A stretch of 52,253 nucleotides of DNA from Candidatus Margulisiibacteriota bacterium (lineage in GTDB: Bacteria > Margulisbacteria > WOR-1 > O2-12-FULL-45-9 > XYB2-FULL-48-7): positions 1 to 52,253 of the forward strand of contig JBAZMB010000001.1 in NCBI GenBank assembly GCA_041649975.1. The letters run 5' to 3'. Below the pieces are notes generated by a model, which did no database searches, was not told the origin of the DNA, and saw only the letters and a program-made list of their open reading frames with translations. Of the stretch, positions 27,944 through 37,666 are shown piece after piece. Each line of letters opens with the position of its first letter. Positions within the stretch are counted from its first letter, which is position 1. The position numbers and the translations under genes were made by a program.

Positions 27944-28640
27944 ATTCGCTTATGCCATCGGCCGGATCCGCTCGCTCGAGACGCAACTGCTCGATGCCAG
28001 CCACCTTCTCCGCCTGACCGACGCGCAAGATATCGACAGCGCCTTCCTGATCTTGCGGGAAAATTCTTTCCACGCCGCCGAGATCGATAAACTGGAGCAC
28101 TCTTTTGATTTCGAGGCCCTGCTGCGCCAGGAACTGGCTTCGACCAAAGCCCTGCTCGACTCGCTCGCTCCGGGAGAAGAAAGCCTGGCCGCGCTTTGGC
28201 TGAGATATTCAGATCTATCGCTCGGCGATTATCTCGTCCGCCTGGAAAAGACGGCCCGCCGGGTCAAAAGCCCGCTTTTCCGACGGTATGTCGCGGCTTA
28301 CGCGGCCCTTAACCGGATAAAGCTCTCCCTGCTGGAACAGGACGATCCCGATCAGCTCATTGAACGCTACCGGTTCACCGATTTGGCCAAACCGGTCGCC
28401 GCCGGATTGGAAGAGTACCGGCGCGGCGGCAGCCTCTTCGCGCTGGAGAGAGAAACCGACAATCACCTCCTCTCGATCATGAAGGAAGCGAAATATCTGA
28501 CCTTTGGGATCGAGCCATTGCTCGGTTATTTTTTTGCCAGAGAGCAGGAACAAAAAATGATCCGCTTGGTCATGACGGCCAAACTGCTCCAGGTCGCGCC
28601 GCAATTGATCAAGGAAAGGCTGCGCCAAACATATGTCTAA
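27936..28640 (+). CDS. ntpC: V/A-type ATPase subunit C (d / AC39 family), short form
   Basis: 234 aa. FAYAIGRIRSLETQLLD at the N-terminus and GIEPLLGYFFAREQEQKMIRLVMTAK near the C-terminus match AC39-family motifs. Confidence 0.75.
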   Translation: MVKFAYAIGRIRSLETQLLDASHLLRLTDAQDIDSAFLILRENSFHAAEIDKLEHSFDFEALLRQELASTKALLDSLAPGEESLAALWLRYSDLSLGDYLVRLEKTARRVKSPLFRRYVAAYAALNRIKLSLLEQDDPDQLIERYRFTDLAKPVAAGLEEYRRGGSLFALERETDNHLLSIMKEAKYLTFGIEPLLGYFFAREQEQKMIRLVMTAKLLQVAPQLIKERLRQTYV

Positions 28641-28917
28641 GATCGCTTTTATCGGACCGAAAGAAATGCTTGAACCGCTCGCTTCCAGCGGGCTCGATTT
28701 TTATCCCTGCAGTTCGCTCGACCATTCCTGCCAAGACCTGGAAAAGCTGACCGCCGGCGGCGAGCACGATATAATTTTCGTGACCGAACGGCTGGCCCGG
28801 GAAATGACCGCGCTGATCGAAACGGCGGAAAAGAAAGGGATCAACGTCGTCTTGCTCCCCGACCACCGGGGAAGCCTGGGCTTGTTCAAAGAATTAGCGG
28901 AAGGATTAATATCATGA
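28633..28917 (+). CDS. V/A-type ATPase subunit F
   Basis: 94 aa. It starts [25 protein letters not shown], has a Rossmann-like small-subunit pattern, and sits directly before the A subunit. Confidence 0.8.
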   Translation: MSKIAFIGPKEMLEPLASSGLDFYPCSSLDHSCQDLEKLTAGGEHDIIFVTERLAREMTALIETAEKKGINVVLLPDHRGSLGLFKELAEGLIS

Positions 28918-30632
28918 TAATAAAAGTTGCCGGGCCCTTAGTCGTCGCCGAAATGGAGAACGTCAAAAAAGCCGACCTGGTCCTGGTCGGTCCCCAGCGG
29001 CTCATCGGCGAAGTGATTGAACTGCGGGGGAAAAAAGCGTCCATCCAGGTCTATGAAGAGACCGCCGGCCTTAAGGTCGGCGACCCGGTCGAATCGACCG
29101 GCGCCCCGCTTTCGGTCGAACTCGGCCCCGGCATGATCGGGGCGATCTTCGACGGGATCCAACGCCCGCTCGATAAGATCAAAGAACAAGCCGGCGCGTT
29201 TATTCCCCGGGGGATCAACGTTTTGCCGCTGGCCCGCGACCGCCGCTGGGAATTTCGCCCGCTCGTCGCCCAAGGGGCCCAGGTCAATGAAGGCGATATT
29301 CTGGGGACGGTCCAGGAAACCCCGCTCGTCACTCTCAAGATCATGGTCCCACCGGGAATCGCCGGCCGGGTCGACGAAATAAAAAGCGGTCAATTCACCC
29401 TAGAAGAAACGGTCGCCGTCGTCGGCGGCCAACCAATCACCCTGCTCCAAAAATGGCCGGTCCGCAAAAGACGCCAGCTCGCCGTCAAAAAACCGGTCTC
29501 CGTCCCGCTCGTCACCGGCCAGCGGGTCGTCGACACCCTTTTTCCGATCGGCAAAGGGGGCGCGGCCTGCGTTCCGGGACCTTTCGGCGCCGGCAAGACC
29601 GTGATCCAGCACCAGTTCGCCAAGTGGTCCGACGCCGATCTTATTGTTTACGTCGGCTGCGGGGAACGCGGCAATGAAATGACCGACGTGCTCAAAGAAT
29701 TTCCGGAACTAAAGGACCCAAGATCCGGCCGGCCGCTGATGGAACGGACGATCCTGATCGCCAACACTTCGAACATGCCGATCGCCGCCCGCGAAGCCTC
29801 GGTCTACACCGGCGCGGCGATCGCCGAATATTACCGCGACATGGGCTACAACGTCGCCCTCTTTGCCGATTCGACTTCGCGCTGGGCCGAAGCTTTGCGC
29901 GAGATGTCCGGCCGGCTGGAAGAGATGCCGGGAGAAGAAGGTTACCCGGCCTATCTTGGCTCGCGGCTCGCCGATTTTTATGAACGGGCCGGTTACGGCC
30001 TTTGCAAAGGAAGCCCGGAACGGGAAGGCTCCCTGACCATCATCGGCTCGGTCTCCCCTCCCGGCGGCGACCTGTCGGAACCGGTCGTCCAAAACACCCT
30101 GCGGGTCGCCAAAGTCTTTTGGGGCCTGGACGAAAACCTGGCCCACAAACGCCATTTTCCGGCGATTAATTGGCTTCTCTCCTATTCCCTGTACGCCGAA
30201 AACCTGCGCTATCCTGAAGCGATCGCTGAAGAGTTCAGGCGCCAGCGCGAAACGGCGCTGAAGCTTCTCTCCCAGGAAGCCGATCTGGAAGAGATCGTCC
30301 GCCTGGTCGGACTGGAGTCGATCTCCCACAAAGAGCAGTTGGTCCTCTTCGTCGCCAAATCGCTCCGGGAAGATTTTCTCTACCAAAGCGCCTTCGATCC
30401 GGTCGATCAGTACTCGTCGCTTGGCAAACAGCAATTGATCCTTAAGATAATCCTGGAGCTCCATCGTCTGGGAGAAAAAGCGCTTAATGACGGAGTTGAG
30501 ATTGAAACCATCCGACAGCTGGAAGTCATGGCCCGGATCGCCCGGGCCCGTTTTTCGACGGAAAGCGAAGTGGAGGAGATCGAACGGCAGCTCAAAGATG
30601 AGTTCGCCGGGTTAAGGAGCGCCAATGTATAA
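28914..30632 (+). CDS. ntpA: V/A-type ATPase catalytic subunit A
   Basis: 572 aa. Walker [10 protein letters not shown], with GERGNEM and [22 protein letters not shown]. Confidence 0.96.
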   Translation: MIIKVAGPLVVAEMENVKKADLVLVGPQRLIGEVIELRGKKASIQVYEETAGLKVGDPVESTGAPLSVELGPGMIGAIFDGIQRPLDKIKEQAGAFIPRGINVLPLARDRRWEFRPLVAQGAQVNEGDILGTVQETPLVTLKIMVPPGIAGRVDEIKSGQFTLEETVAVVGGQPITLLQKWPVRKRRQLAVKKPVSVPLVTGQRVVDTLFPIGKGGAACVPGPFGAGKTVIQHQFAKWSDADLIVYVGCGERGNEMTDVLKEFPELKDPRSGRPLMERTILIANTSNMPIAAREASVYTGAAIAEYYRDMGYNVALFADSTSRWAEALREMSGRLEEMPGEEGYPAYLGSRLADFYERAGYGLCKGSPEREGSLTIIGSVSPPGGDLSEPVVQNTLRVAKVFWGLDENLAHKRHFPAINWLLSYSLYAENLRYPEAIAEEFRRQRETALKLLSQEADLEEIVRLVGLESISHKEQLVLFVAKSLREDFLYQSAFDPVDQYSSLGKQQLILKIILELHRLGEKALNDGVEIETIRQLEVMARIARARFSTESEVEEIERQLKDEFAGLRSANV

Positions 30633-31986
30633 AGTCAAAGAGATCGCCGGCCCATTGGTCTTGGTCGAAGGGGTTCAAGGGGTCGGCTACGATGAGCTGG
30701 TCGAAATTAAATTAGCCGACGGAGAAATCCGTTCCGGCAAAGTTCTTGAAGTCAATGAAGATCGCGCGCTGATCCAGGTCTTTGAAGGGACGGAAGGGTT
30801 GGAGATCAAGCATCTCGAATTCCGTTTCCGCGGCCGCGGCCTGGAATTGCCGGTCTCCCGGGACCTTTTGGGGCGGATCTTTTCCGGTCTGGGCCGGCCG
30901 CTCGATGGGGCGCCGCCGGTCCTGCCGGAGAAAAAGCTCGACGTCAACGGCCTGCCGATCAACCCGTTCGCCCGGGACTATCCGGACGACTTCATTCAGA
31001 CCGGCATCTCCACGATCGACGCGCTCAACACTTTATCGCGCGGCCAAAAGCTGCCGATCTTTTCCGGTTCCGGGCTCCCCCACTCGCGGCTCGCCGCCCA
31101 GATCGCCCGCCAGGCGAGCGTCCTTAACAAAAACGACCAGTTTGCCGTCGTCTTCGGCGCGCTCGGCATCACCTACGAAGAATCGGAATTCTTTATTTCC
31201 AATTTCCGCCGGACCGGCGCGATCGAAAACTCCGTCATGTTCATCAATCTCGCTTCCGATCCGGCGATCGAGCGGATCGCCACTCCCCGGCTGGCACTGA
31301 CCGCCGCCGAATACCTGGCCTTCGACCTGGAAATGCACGTCCTGGTCATTATCACCGACATGACCAACTACTGCGAAAGCCTGCGGGAGGTCTCGGCCGC
31401 CCGGCGGGAGATTCCCGGACGCCGCGGCTATCCCGGCTATCTTTACACCGACCTGGCGACCCTCTATGAACGGGCCGGCCGGATCAAGGACAAGAAAGGA
31501 TCGATCACCTTGCTGCCGATCCTGACCATGCCGGACGACGACAAGACCCATCCCATTCCCGACCTGACCGGTTACATCACCGAAGGGCAGATCATCCTCG
31601 GCCGGGACCTGGAACGGAAAGGGATCTATCCGCCGATCGACCCGCTGCCCTCCCTTTCCCGCCTGCGCGACAAAGCGATCGGCGCCGGCAAAACCAGGGA
31701 AGACCACGCGGGGATAGCCAACCAGCTTTTTGCCGCTTACGCCCGGGGCCGCGAAGTCCGGGAACTAGTCGTTATCCTCGGTGAAGCCGCCCTCTCGGAG
31801 ATCGACACCAAATATCTCCTCTTCGCCGATGAATTTGAAAAACGTTTCATCCGCCAGGCCGAGAACGAGAACCGGACGATCGTTGAAACATTGACCCTCG
31901 GCTGGCAGCTGCTCAAGATCCTGCCGCGAACGGAACTTAAACGGATCAAAGACGAGATCATCAATAAATATGCGGATCAAAGTTAA
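30625..31986 (+). CDS. ntpB: V/A-type ATPase subunit B
   Basis: 453 aa. [14 protein letters not shown] and [32 protein letters not shown] are typical of the non-catalytic B subunit. Confidence 0.96.
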   Translation: MYKVKEIAGPLVLVEGVQGVGYDELVEIKLADGEIRSGKVLEVNEDRALIQVFEGTEGLEIKHLEFRFRGRGLELPVSRDLLGRIFSGLGRPLDGAPPVLPEKKLDVNGLPINPFARDYPDDFIQTGISTIDALNTLSRGQKLPIFSGSGLPHSRLAAQIARQASVLNKNDQFAVVFGALGITYEESEFFISNFRRTGAIENSVMFINLASDPAIERIATPRLALTAAEYLAFDLEMHVLVIITDMTNYCESLREVSAARREIPGRRGYPGYLYTDLATLYERAGRIKDKKGSITLLPILTMPDDDKTHPIPDLTGYITEGQIILGRDLERKGIYPPIDPLPSLSRLRDKAIGAGKTREDHAGIANQLFAAYARGREVRELVVILGEAALSEIDTKYLLFADEFEKRFIRQAENENRTIVETLTLGWQLLKILPRTELKRIKDEIINKYADQS

Positions 31987-32587
31987 CCCAACCCGAATGG
32001 AACTCCTCCGCCTGCGGCGGAGGGTGCAACTGGCCAGGCGCGGCCACAAACTGCTCAAGGACAAGCTGGACGGCTTGATGCAGCAATTTTTAAAGACCAA
32101 GAAAGACTACCTGGCCCTCCACGCCGACCTGGAAAAACGGCTGGTCGCGATCTTTACCAAATCGATCTTAGCCTACGCCCTCTCCCAGCCCGGAGCGGTC
32201 GTCAGGGCTAGCCAAGCTTCGATCACGACCAAGGTCTTGAACATGATGGGGGTCAAACTTCCTTCCTACACGCTGACCGTCGAAGGAGAACCACTATACT
32301 CGGACCTCAAAACTACGGTAGAATATAGGGAGGCGGCCGTTAGCTTTGCCGCTATCCTGCCCGACTTGGTCGCTTATGCCGCGCTTAACAAAGCGATGCG
32401 GCTCCTGGCCGCGCAAGTGAACGAGACCAGGCGGCGGGTCAATGCTTTAGAATACGTCGTTATTCCGGAACTGGAAAAAAACGCCCGCGCCATCGGCCTG
32501 AAGCTCTCGGAACGGGAACGAAGCACCAGGGTCGTCCTGATCAAGATCTCGAAAGGAGTAAAAAATGAAGAACTCAATAATAGCTGA
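31970..32587 (+). CDS. ntpD: V/A-type ATPase central-stalk subunit D
   Basis: 205 aa. It starts [28 protein letters not shown], the canonical subunit D start. Confidence 0.9.
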   Translation: MRIKVNPTRMELLRLRRRVQLARRGHKLLKDKLDGLMQQFLKTKKDYLALHADLEKRLVAIFTKSILAYALSQPGAVVRASQASITTKVLNMMGVKLPSYTLTVEGEPLYSDLKTTVEYREAAVSFAAILPDLVAYAALNKAMRLLAAQVNETRRRVNALEYVVIPELEKNARAIGLKLSERERSTRVVLIKISKGVKNEELNNS

Positions 32588-33140
32588 ACTGAAAGAAAGC
32601 ATTGAAACCAAGAACCAGGTGATCAAATGCCTGGTCCCCCAGATCGAACAAGCGACCAAGCTGATGATCGAAGCGCTGAAAGCGGGGAACAAGCTCTTCT
32701 TTTTCGGCAACGGCGGCTCGGCCGCCGACGCGCAACATTTAGCGGCCGAATTGATCGGCCGCTACCGCAAAGACCGGCGCTCCCTCCCCGCCATTGCCCT
32801 GACGACCGACACTTCGATCATCACTTCGATCTCCAACGATTACGGCTACGAAGTGATCTTCGCCAAACAGATCGAAGGTCTGGCCAAAAGCGGCGATGTC
32901 GCGGTCGGCCTCTCCACCTCCGGCAATTCCCGCAACGTGATCGTCGCCCTGGAAAAAGCCAAAGAGCTTGGCTGCAAGACGATCGGCTTCCTCGGCTGCG
33001 ACGGGGGCAAGATCGCCGAGATCGTCGACACGGCAATCACGGTCCCTTCCAGGGTCACGGCGCGGATCCAGGAAAGCCACATCACCATCGGCCACATCGT
33101 TTGCGGGCTGATCGAAAATGAAATGTTCGGAGGTAAATAA
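32565..33140 (+). CDS. gmhA: D-sedoheptulose-7-phosphate isomerase (SIS domain)
   Basis: 191 aa. FFFGNGGSAADAQHLAAELIGRY and GLSTSGNSRNV match GmhA. SD AAAGGAG lies upstream. It overlaps the end of ntpD by 23 nt. Confidence 0.9.
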   Translation: MKNSIIAELKESIETKNQVIKCLVPQIEQATKLMIEALKAGNKLFFFGNGGSAADAQHLAAELIGRYRKDRRSLPAIALTTDTSIITSISNDYGYEVIFAKQIEGLAKSGDVAVGLSTSGNSRNVIVALEKAKELGCKTIGFLGCDGGKIAEIVDTAITVPSRVTARIQESHITIGHIVCGLIENEMFGGK

Positions 33141-34106
33141 ATGAAGTTCATCGTCACCGGCGGCGCCGGGTTTATCGGCAGCGCGATGGTCTGGAAACTG
33201 AACCAGGCCGGGGAAAAGGACATCCTGGTCGTCGATCATCTGGGAAACTCGGAAAAATGGCAGAACCTGAACGGCAAAGTCTTTGCCGACTATTTGGAAA
33301 AAGACGTTTTTATCGAAGAGCTCCTGGCCGGCAAATTCGGCGGCGTCTTCAAGGGGATCTTCCATATCGGCGCCTGCTCTTCGACGACCGAGACCGACGC
33401 CAGCTACATGCTGGCGAACAATTACCACTACTCCAAACGCCTCGCCCAGTGGGCCCTGACCAAGAACATCCCGTTCATTTACGCCAGTTCCGCCGCCACT
33501 TACGGCGACGGCAGTCTGGGCTATTCGGACGACGACGAAGTCTCGCTGAAGCTCGCCCCGCTCAATGTCTACGGCTATTCCAAGTATCTTTTCGACCAAT
33601 GGCTGATCCGCAATAACCTGGGCCACAAAGTGGTCGGGCTGAAATATTTCAACGTCTTCGGGCCGAACGAATACCATAAAGGGGACATGAGCAGCGTCAT
33701 CCTCAAGGGTTACGAACAGATCAAAAAAGAAGGGAAGCTCCGTCTCTTTAAATCCTACCGCCCGGAATACCGGGACGGCGAACAAAAACGGGACTTTATT
33801 TACGTGAAAGACGTCGTTGAAGTAATGTACCAACTATTAAACAGCAAGGCCCGGGGGATCTTCAACCTGGGGACCGGGGAAGCAAGGAGCTGGAACGACC
33901 TGGCCGCCGCCCTCTTCTCCGCGCTGGAGCTAAAACCGAATATTGAATATATCGAAATGCCGGACCAGCTGCGCGATAAATACCAATACTTCACCCAGGC
34001 GGAAATGGGCAAACTCGCCAGGGCCGGGATCAAATATACGCCAACCAGACTGGAAGCGGCGGTCGCCGATTACGTCTCCTATCTCCGCGGAAAGACCCGC
34101 TTATAA
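33141..34106 (+). CDS. hldD: ADP-L-glycero-D-manno-heptose 6-epimerase
   Basis: 321 aa. VTGGAGFIGS and YGYSKYLFDQW (YxxxK), with overall HldD/RfaD length and pattern. It starts directly after the gmhA stop. Confidence 0.88.
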   Translation: MKFIVTGGAGFIGSAMVWKLNQAGEKDILVVDHLGNSEKWQNLNGKVFADYLEKDVFIEELLAGKFGGVFKGIFHIGACSSTTETDASYMLANNYHYSKRLAQWALTKNIPFIYASSAATYGDGSLGYSDDDEVSLKLAPLNVYGYSKYLFDQWLIRNNLGHKVVGLKYFNVFGPNEYHKGDMSSVILKGYEQIKKEGKLRLFKSYRPEYRDGEQKRDFIYVKDVVEVMYQLLNSKARGIFNLGTGEARSWNDLAAALFSALELKPNIEYIEMPDQLRDKYQYFTQAEMGKLARAGIKYTPTRLEAAVADYVSYLRGKTRL

Positions 34107-35045
34107 ATGAAACTTTTCATCACCGGGATCAGCGGCTGCGTCGGGCATTATGTTTTTGACGAACTGATCGCCAACCCGGAATACCAGCTCTATCTGTTGG
34201 TCCGCGACGTTAAAAAGCTTCGTTTCCAATACCGGAACAACCCGCGGATCACCATTCTCCAGGGGGATATGATCGGCATCCGGAAGCACGCCCCCCTCCT
34301 GGCCGAAATGGACGCCCTGATCCATATCGCCGCCGACTGGGGCGGCAACCAATCGAACTGCGAATTAACCCTCGAAATGTTCAATTGTCTCGACCCAAAG
34401 CGCTGTCAAAAGATCATCACCTTTTCAACCGCCAGCATCCTGGGCGACGACAACCGCCCCAATCCACTGGCGGAAACGATCGGCACTCATTACATCCGCG
34501 GTAAATATCAACTTTACAAACAGCTTCCCGGGTTAGCGCTCTATCCAAAGATCACGACCCTCTTCCCGACCTGGGTCCTGGGCGGAGATCAAACCCATCC
34601 CTACTCCCACGCCGCCAACGGGATCATCGGCCTGGCTAAATGGCTGAAACTGATCCGTTTTTTTACCGTCGACGCCACTTTCCATTTCATCCATGCCCGC
34701 GACATCGCCCGGATCACGAAGTACGTCCTGGAAAATACGGTCAAAGAGAAAGACTTTATCCTGGGGAACGAACCGATCAGCGCCAGCCAATTTTTAAGGG
34801 AAGTCTGCCGTTATTTTAAGGTCCCGGTCTTTTTCCAGCTCCCGATCCCGGCCTGGCTGGTCAAAGGGTTAGCCGGCTTACTTAGAAAAGAGCTTCATCC
34901 CTGGGACCTTTACTGCTTCGAAAAGAAATATTTCGTCTATAAAACGGTTAACGCCCGCTTTTTTGGTCTGCCGGCTGATCTAGAGAGTCCGGCAGCGGTA
35001 ATCCATAGCTTGGCGGGCTCTCCTGATAGAACGACTCCGGTTTGA
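34107..35045 (+). CDS. NAD-dependent epimerase/dehydratase family protein (extended SDR), specificity unknown
   Basis: ITGISGCVG is the glycine-rich NAD motif, and YIRGK is a YxxxK motif. It starts directly after the hldD stop. Confidence 0.65.
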   Translation: MKLFITGISGCVGHYVFDELIANPEYQLYLLVRDVKKLRFQYRNNPRITILQGDMIGIRKHAPLLAEMDALIHIAADWGGNQSNCELTLEMFNCLDPKRCQKIITFSTASILGDDNRPNPLAETIGTHYIRGKYQLYKQLPGLALYPKITTLFPTWVLGGDQTHPYSHAANGIIGLAKWLKLIRFFTVDATFHFIHARDIARITKYVLENTVKEKDFILGNEPISASQFLREVCRYFKVPVFFQLPIPAWLVKGLAGLLRKELHPWDLYCFEKKYFVYKTVNARFFGLPADLESPAAVIHSLAGSPDRTTPV

Positions 35046-35784
35046 TCTTGCCGGTCGGCAAGACGATCACGCTCTTATTTTCTTCACTCGCCGGTTTTTG
35101 CAAAGCCAGCTGATAGCGGCCGCGTAACAGCTCCGAAACGGTCACGAACCGATACCCTTTTCTTTTCAGCGCTTTAATAATATACGGCAGAGAATCGACC
35201 GTCTGCTGGCTGTTGTCGTGCATCAGGACGATATCGCCGCCGTGGATCCGCCCTAAGACCCGCTGGGCGATCGAGGTTGGGCCGCGAACCCCGCGGCTGG
35301 CATGGTAAAAATCGTCGGCGTTGACCGACCACATCACGACATTGTACCCGGCTTTTTGGATGGCGGCGCTTTTGGATCGGGGAAGAAAACCGTGCGGGGG
35401 ACGGAAAAGGTTAAGCCGGACAGCCCCATTGGTGTAGCCGCTGACGATCTGGCTGGTCAGTTTGATCTCTTCCAGCAATTTTGGCTCGGTCAGCCAATTC
35501 AAACGGGAATGGTAATAAGTGTGATTGCCGATCTCATGGCCGCCTAAGATCGCCTGGTCCAGGAGGTCGGGCTTGGCAACGATCTTCTTGCCGACCATAA
35601 AGAAGGTCGCTTTGACCTGTTCCTTTTTCAGCGCCGCCAGGACTTTCTCGGTATATGGAGTTGATGGCCCGTCGTCAAAGGTCAAGGCGATCAGCTTGGG
35701 GTTTCGCCCCCGAACGATCAGCTGAGCTTCTAAAGAGTGGCCGAATATAATAATAAGACAAGCTAACGCAACCAACTGACGCAT
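34948..35784 (-). CDS. Polysaccharide deacetylase (NodB homology domain, CE4), exported
   Basis: Signal peptide MRQLVALACLIIIFGHSLEA. NodB motifs ALTFDDGP and GNHTYYH. The ~50-aa C-terminal tail is non-conserved and overlaps the convergent SDR gene. Confidence 0.85.
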   Translation of the reverse strand: MRQLVALACLIIIFGHSLEAQLIVRGRNPKLIALTFDDGPSTPYTEKVLAALKKEQVKATFFMVGKKIVAKPDLLDQAILGGHEIGNHTYYHSRLNWLTEPKLLEEIKLTSQIVSGYTNGAVRLNLFRPPHGFLPRSKSAAIQKAGYNVVMWSVNADDFYHASRGVRGPTSIAQRVLGRIHGGDIVLMHDNSQQTVDSLPYIIKALKRKGYRFVTVSELLRGRYQLALQKPASEENKSVIVLPTGKIKPESFYQESPPSYGLPLPDSLDQPADQKSGR

Positions 35785-35805
35785 AGTTTTGATATTTTAT
35801 CACAT

Positions 35806-35864
35806 CCTCACCCACCGTTCCGATTCTCGGAACGGTCCCCCCTCTCCATCGAAGATGGAGAGGG
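35806..35864. repeat. Compound hairpin element: CCTCACCC, then hairpin ACCGTTCCG/CGGAACGGT, then hairpin CCCTCTCCATC/GATGGAGAGGG
   Basis: Read directly. The GAGAGGG-hairpin plus GGGTGAG module recurs at 51779-51816 in the opposite orientation. Confidence 0.7.
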
Positions 35865-35890
35865 CCTGACCGCTAGCAAACAGCTTTTAC

Positions 35891-35936
35891 AAATATTTGG
35901 AAACCGCGACGATACTGTCGCAGGTTTCCAATATTT
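35891..35936. promoter_or_regulatory. Long imperfect nested hairpin abutting the tsaC -10 box
   Basis: The outer arms AAATATTTGGAAACC and GGTTTCCAATATTT pair with one bulged T. The inner arms are GCGAC-GATACT-GTCGC. It ends 2 nt before TGtTATACT. Confidence 0.5.
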
Positions 35937-35937
35937 T

Positions 35938-35946
35938 TGTTATACT
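35938..35946 (+). promoter_or_regulatory. Extended -10 box TGtTATACT, 6 nt upstream of the tsaC ATG
   Basis: TGT TATACT ttttaa ATG. There is no SD. Confidence 0.45.
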
Positions 35947-35952
35947 TTTTAA

Positions 35953-36465
35953 ATGTTAGATAAAGCAGTTAAAATTCTAAAAAGCGGCGGCGTGGTCGCC
36001 TTCCCGACCGAAACGGTCTATGGGATTGGGGCCCTGCTCAGCAGTCGTAAGGGGATCAACAAGATCTATAAGCTGAAAAAAAGGCCCAGAAATAAACCGT
36101 TGCAAGTCCTAGCCCCGTCGTTGGCTGAAGCCAAAAAGCTTGCGAAGTTCAATCCGACCGCTCTAATTTTAGCAAAAAAGAAGTGGCCCGGCCCCCTCAC
36201 CCTGGTCCTGCCTGCTATAAAAGGAAAGAAAACTATCGGCATCAGGGTCCCGGCTCATCCGTTAATTTTAAAATTATTGAAAAAAACCGGCCCGCTGGCG
36301 GCAACTTCGGCCAATGAATCAGGGGAAAAACCGGCTTTAACCGCAATGGAAGTGATCGCCACTCTCCCCGACCTCGATCTGGTGATCGACGGCGGCAAAG
36401 CGAAGCTGGGGAAAGCTTCGCGGGTCATCGATTTAACCGGACCAACTCCAAAGATTCTCCGCTAA
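35953..36465 (+). CDS. tsaC: L-threonylcarbamoyladenylate synthase (YrdC/TsaC domain), short form
   Basis: 170 aa. GGVVAFPTETVYGIGA, KKRPRNKPLQVL, PGPLTLVL and ATSANESG are YrdC-family motifs. Confidence 0.88.
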   Translation: MLDKAVKILKSGGVVAFPTETVYGIGALLSSRKGINKIYKLKKRPRNKPLQVLAPSLAEAKKLAKFNPTALILAKKKWPGPLTLVLPAIKGKKTIGIRVPAHPLILKLLKKTGPLAATSANESGEKPALTAMEVIATLPDLDLVIDGGKAKLGKASRVIDLTGPTPKILR

Positions 36466-37655
36466 AAACTCAACGAGATCTCGTAGTACTGCGCTTCCTC
36501 AACCTGGCCGGTCGAAGAGTTGAACTGCTTCTTGAAATGAGTGATCAGGCTGGTATTGGCATTCAGCTTGTACGCCACATCCGCCCCCATGACCGCCCCC
36601 TGCTCAAGAGAGAGCGAACGGAAGTCAACGAAGTTCGGTTGGCTGTAATAACCCCGGACAAAGACCTGCTCGGTTAATTTAGCGGTCAGATCGGCCGACA
36701 AGGCGGAATTACTATCGGTATAACTTTCGTAAACCATACTAAGTTTAGCCAGTCCCAAGGCATTTAGCCCGAATTGGACCAGGGAACCGTTGCGGGGCTT
36801 CGAAACCGCTTCGACCGAAGCGAGGTCGATCGGGTTAAATTCGTATTCCGAACCGAAATAGCCGGGGACAAAACCTTTGTCAAAGATCCGGTATTCGGCG
36901 CCAAAAGAAGCATTGGCAACCATCAGGTCGTAAGCCCAGGAAAGACCGGCTGAAATCCCTGAACCATGGTTCAACAACTGCCCCGCTTCAGCATAGCCTT
37001 CAAAATTCAACGGCAGCGGCATCAGCGCGTCAACTCCAACCGCTGAAACCGACGGCAATTGCTTAGTACCACTTCCGCTTAAGCTAACCGTTCGGCCAGT
37101 CGTATCGGTCACGTAGTATTGGCCCAGGGTCAGGAGCGGGTTGATCCGTTCTTCCACTCTAGCAAAATAAAGATTTGATTTGGTCGCCATTCCCCGGACA
37201 ATGTACTGATCAAAGTCGAGATAGCCTCTAAAGCCAAGCTGGTCGTTATTGAGCATGATCGCCGGTCCTTTTCGGGTGGTGTAATTCTTCATGATCAAAC
37301 CGTGACCGATGGTCACGCCGTCAAGAACGCCGTAACGGAGTCCTTTCTTAGTGTCATCGTATTCGACATAGCGGAAAACGACGTTTTGGTAATCGGCGGT
37401 CTTATTTTCCCCCAGCGCGACGTTAACGTCAAAGCCGGTCGCCCAGAACCCATATTTGAAGTCCGGCCGCCAGGTCAGAGTCGTAACATCCCGGGTCCCA
37501 ACCTTGGTATAGCTGATGCTGATCCCGCCAATGTTGGAATTCAGCGTGGTCGGACCGGCGCTAGAGGAATTAATAGTCGTGGTCACCGGAATAGTTTGGG
37601 CATGCGCTAAACCAACAACTAACAACAAACAACTGACAACAAGCAATCTTCTCAT
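36462..37655 (-). CDS. Hypothetical outer-membrane beta-barrel (porin-like) protein
   Basis: Signal peptide MRRLLVVSCLLLVVGLAHA. It has alternating-strand composition throughout and ends YYEISLSF (terminal Phe). It starts 11 nt after purH with a GGGGGGAA SD. Confidence 0.65.
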   Translation of the reverse strand: MRRLLVVSCLLLVVGLAHAQTIPVTTTINSSSAGPTTLNSNIGGISISYTKVGTRDVTTLTWRPDFKYGFWATGFDVNVALGENKTADYQNVVFRYVEYDDTKKGLRYGVLDGVTIGHGLIMKNYTTRKGPAIMLNNDQLGFRGYLDFDQYIVRGMATKSNLYFARVEERINPLLTLGQYYVTDTTGRTVSLSGSGTKQLPSVSAVGVDALMPLPLNFEGYAEAGQLLNHGSGISAGLSWAYDLMVANASFGAEYRIFDKGFVPGYFGSEYEFNPIDLASVEAVSKPRNGSLVQFGLNALGLAKLSMVYESYTDSNSALSADLTAKLTEQVFVRGYYSQPNFVDFRSLSLEQGAVMGADVAYKLNANTSLITHFKKQFNSSTGQVEEAQYYEISLSF

Positions 37656-37666
37656 GAGATTCCCCC

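Noticed and set aside
32739-33833. 364-aa minus-strand ORF
   Set aside because: It is antisense to gmhA and hldD, which have clear family motifs. The same reasoning applies to the ORFs at 21940-22722, 29709-30464, 31033-31707, 50106-51032, 450-998 and 1427-1942.
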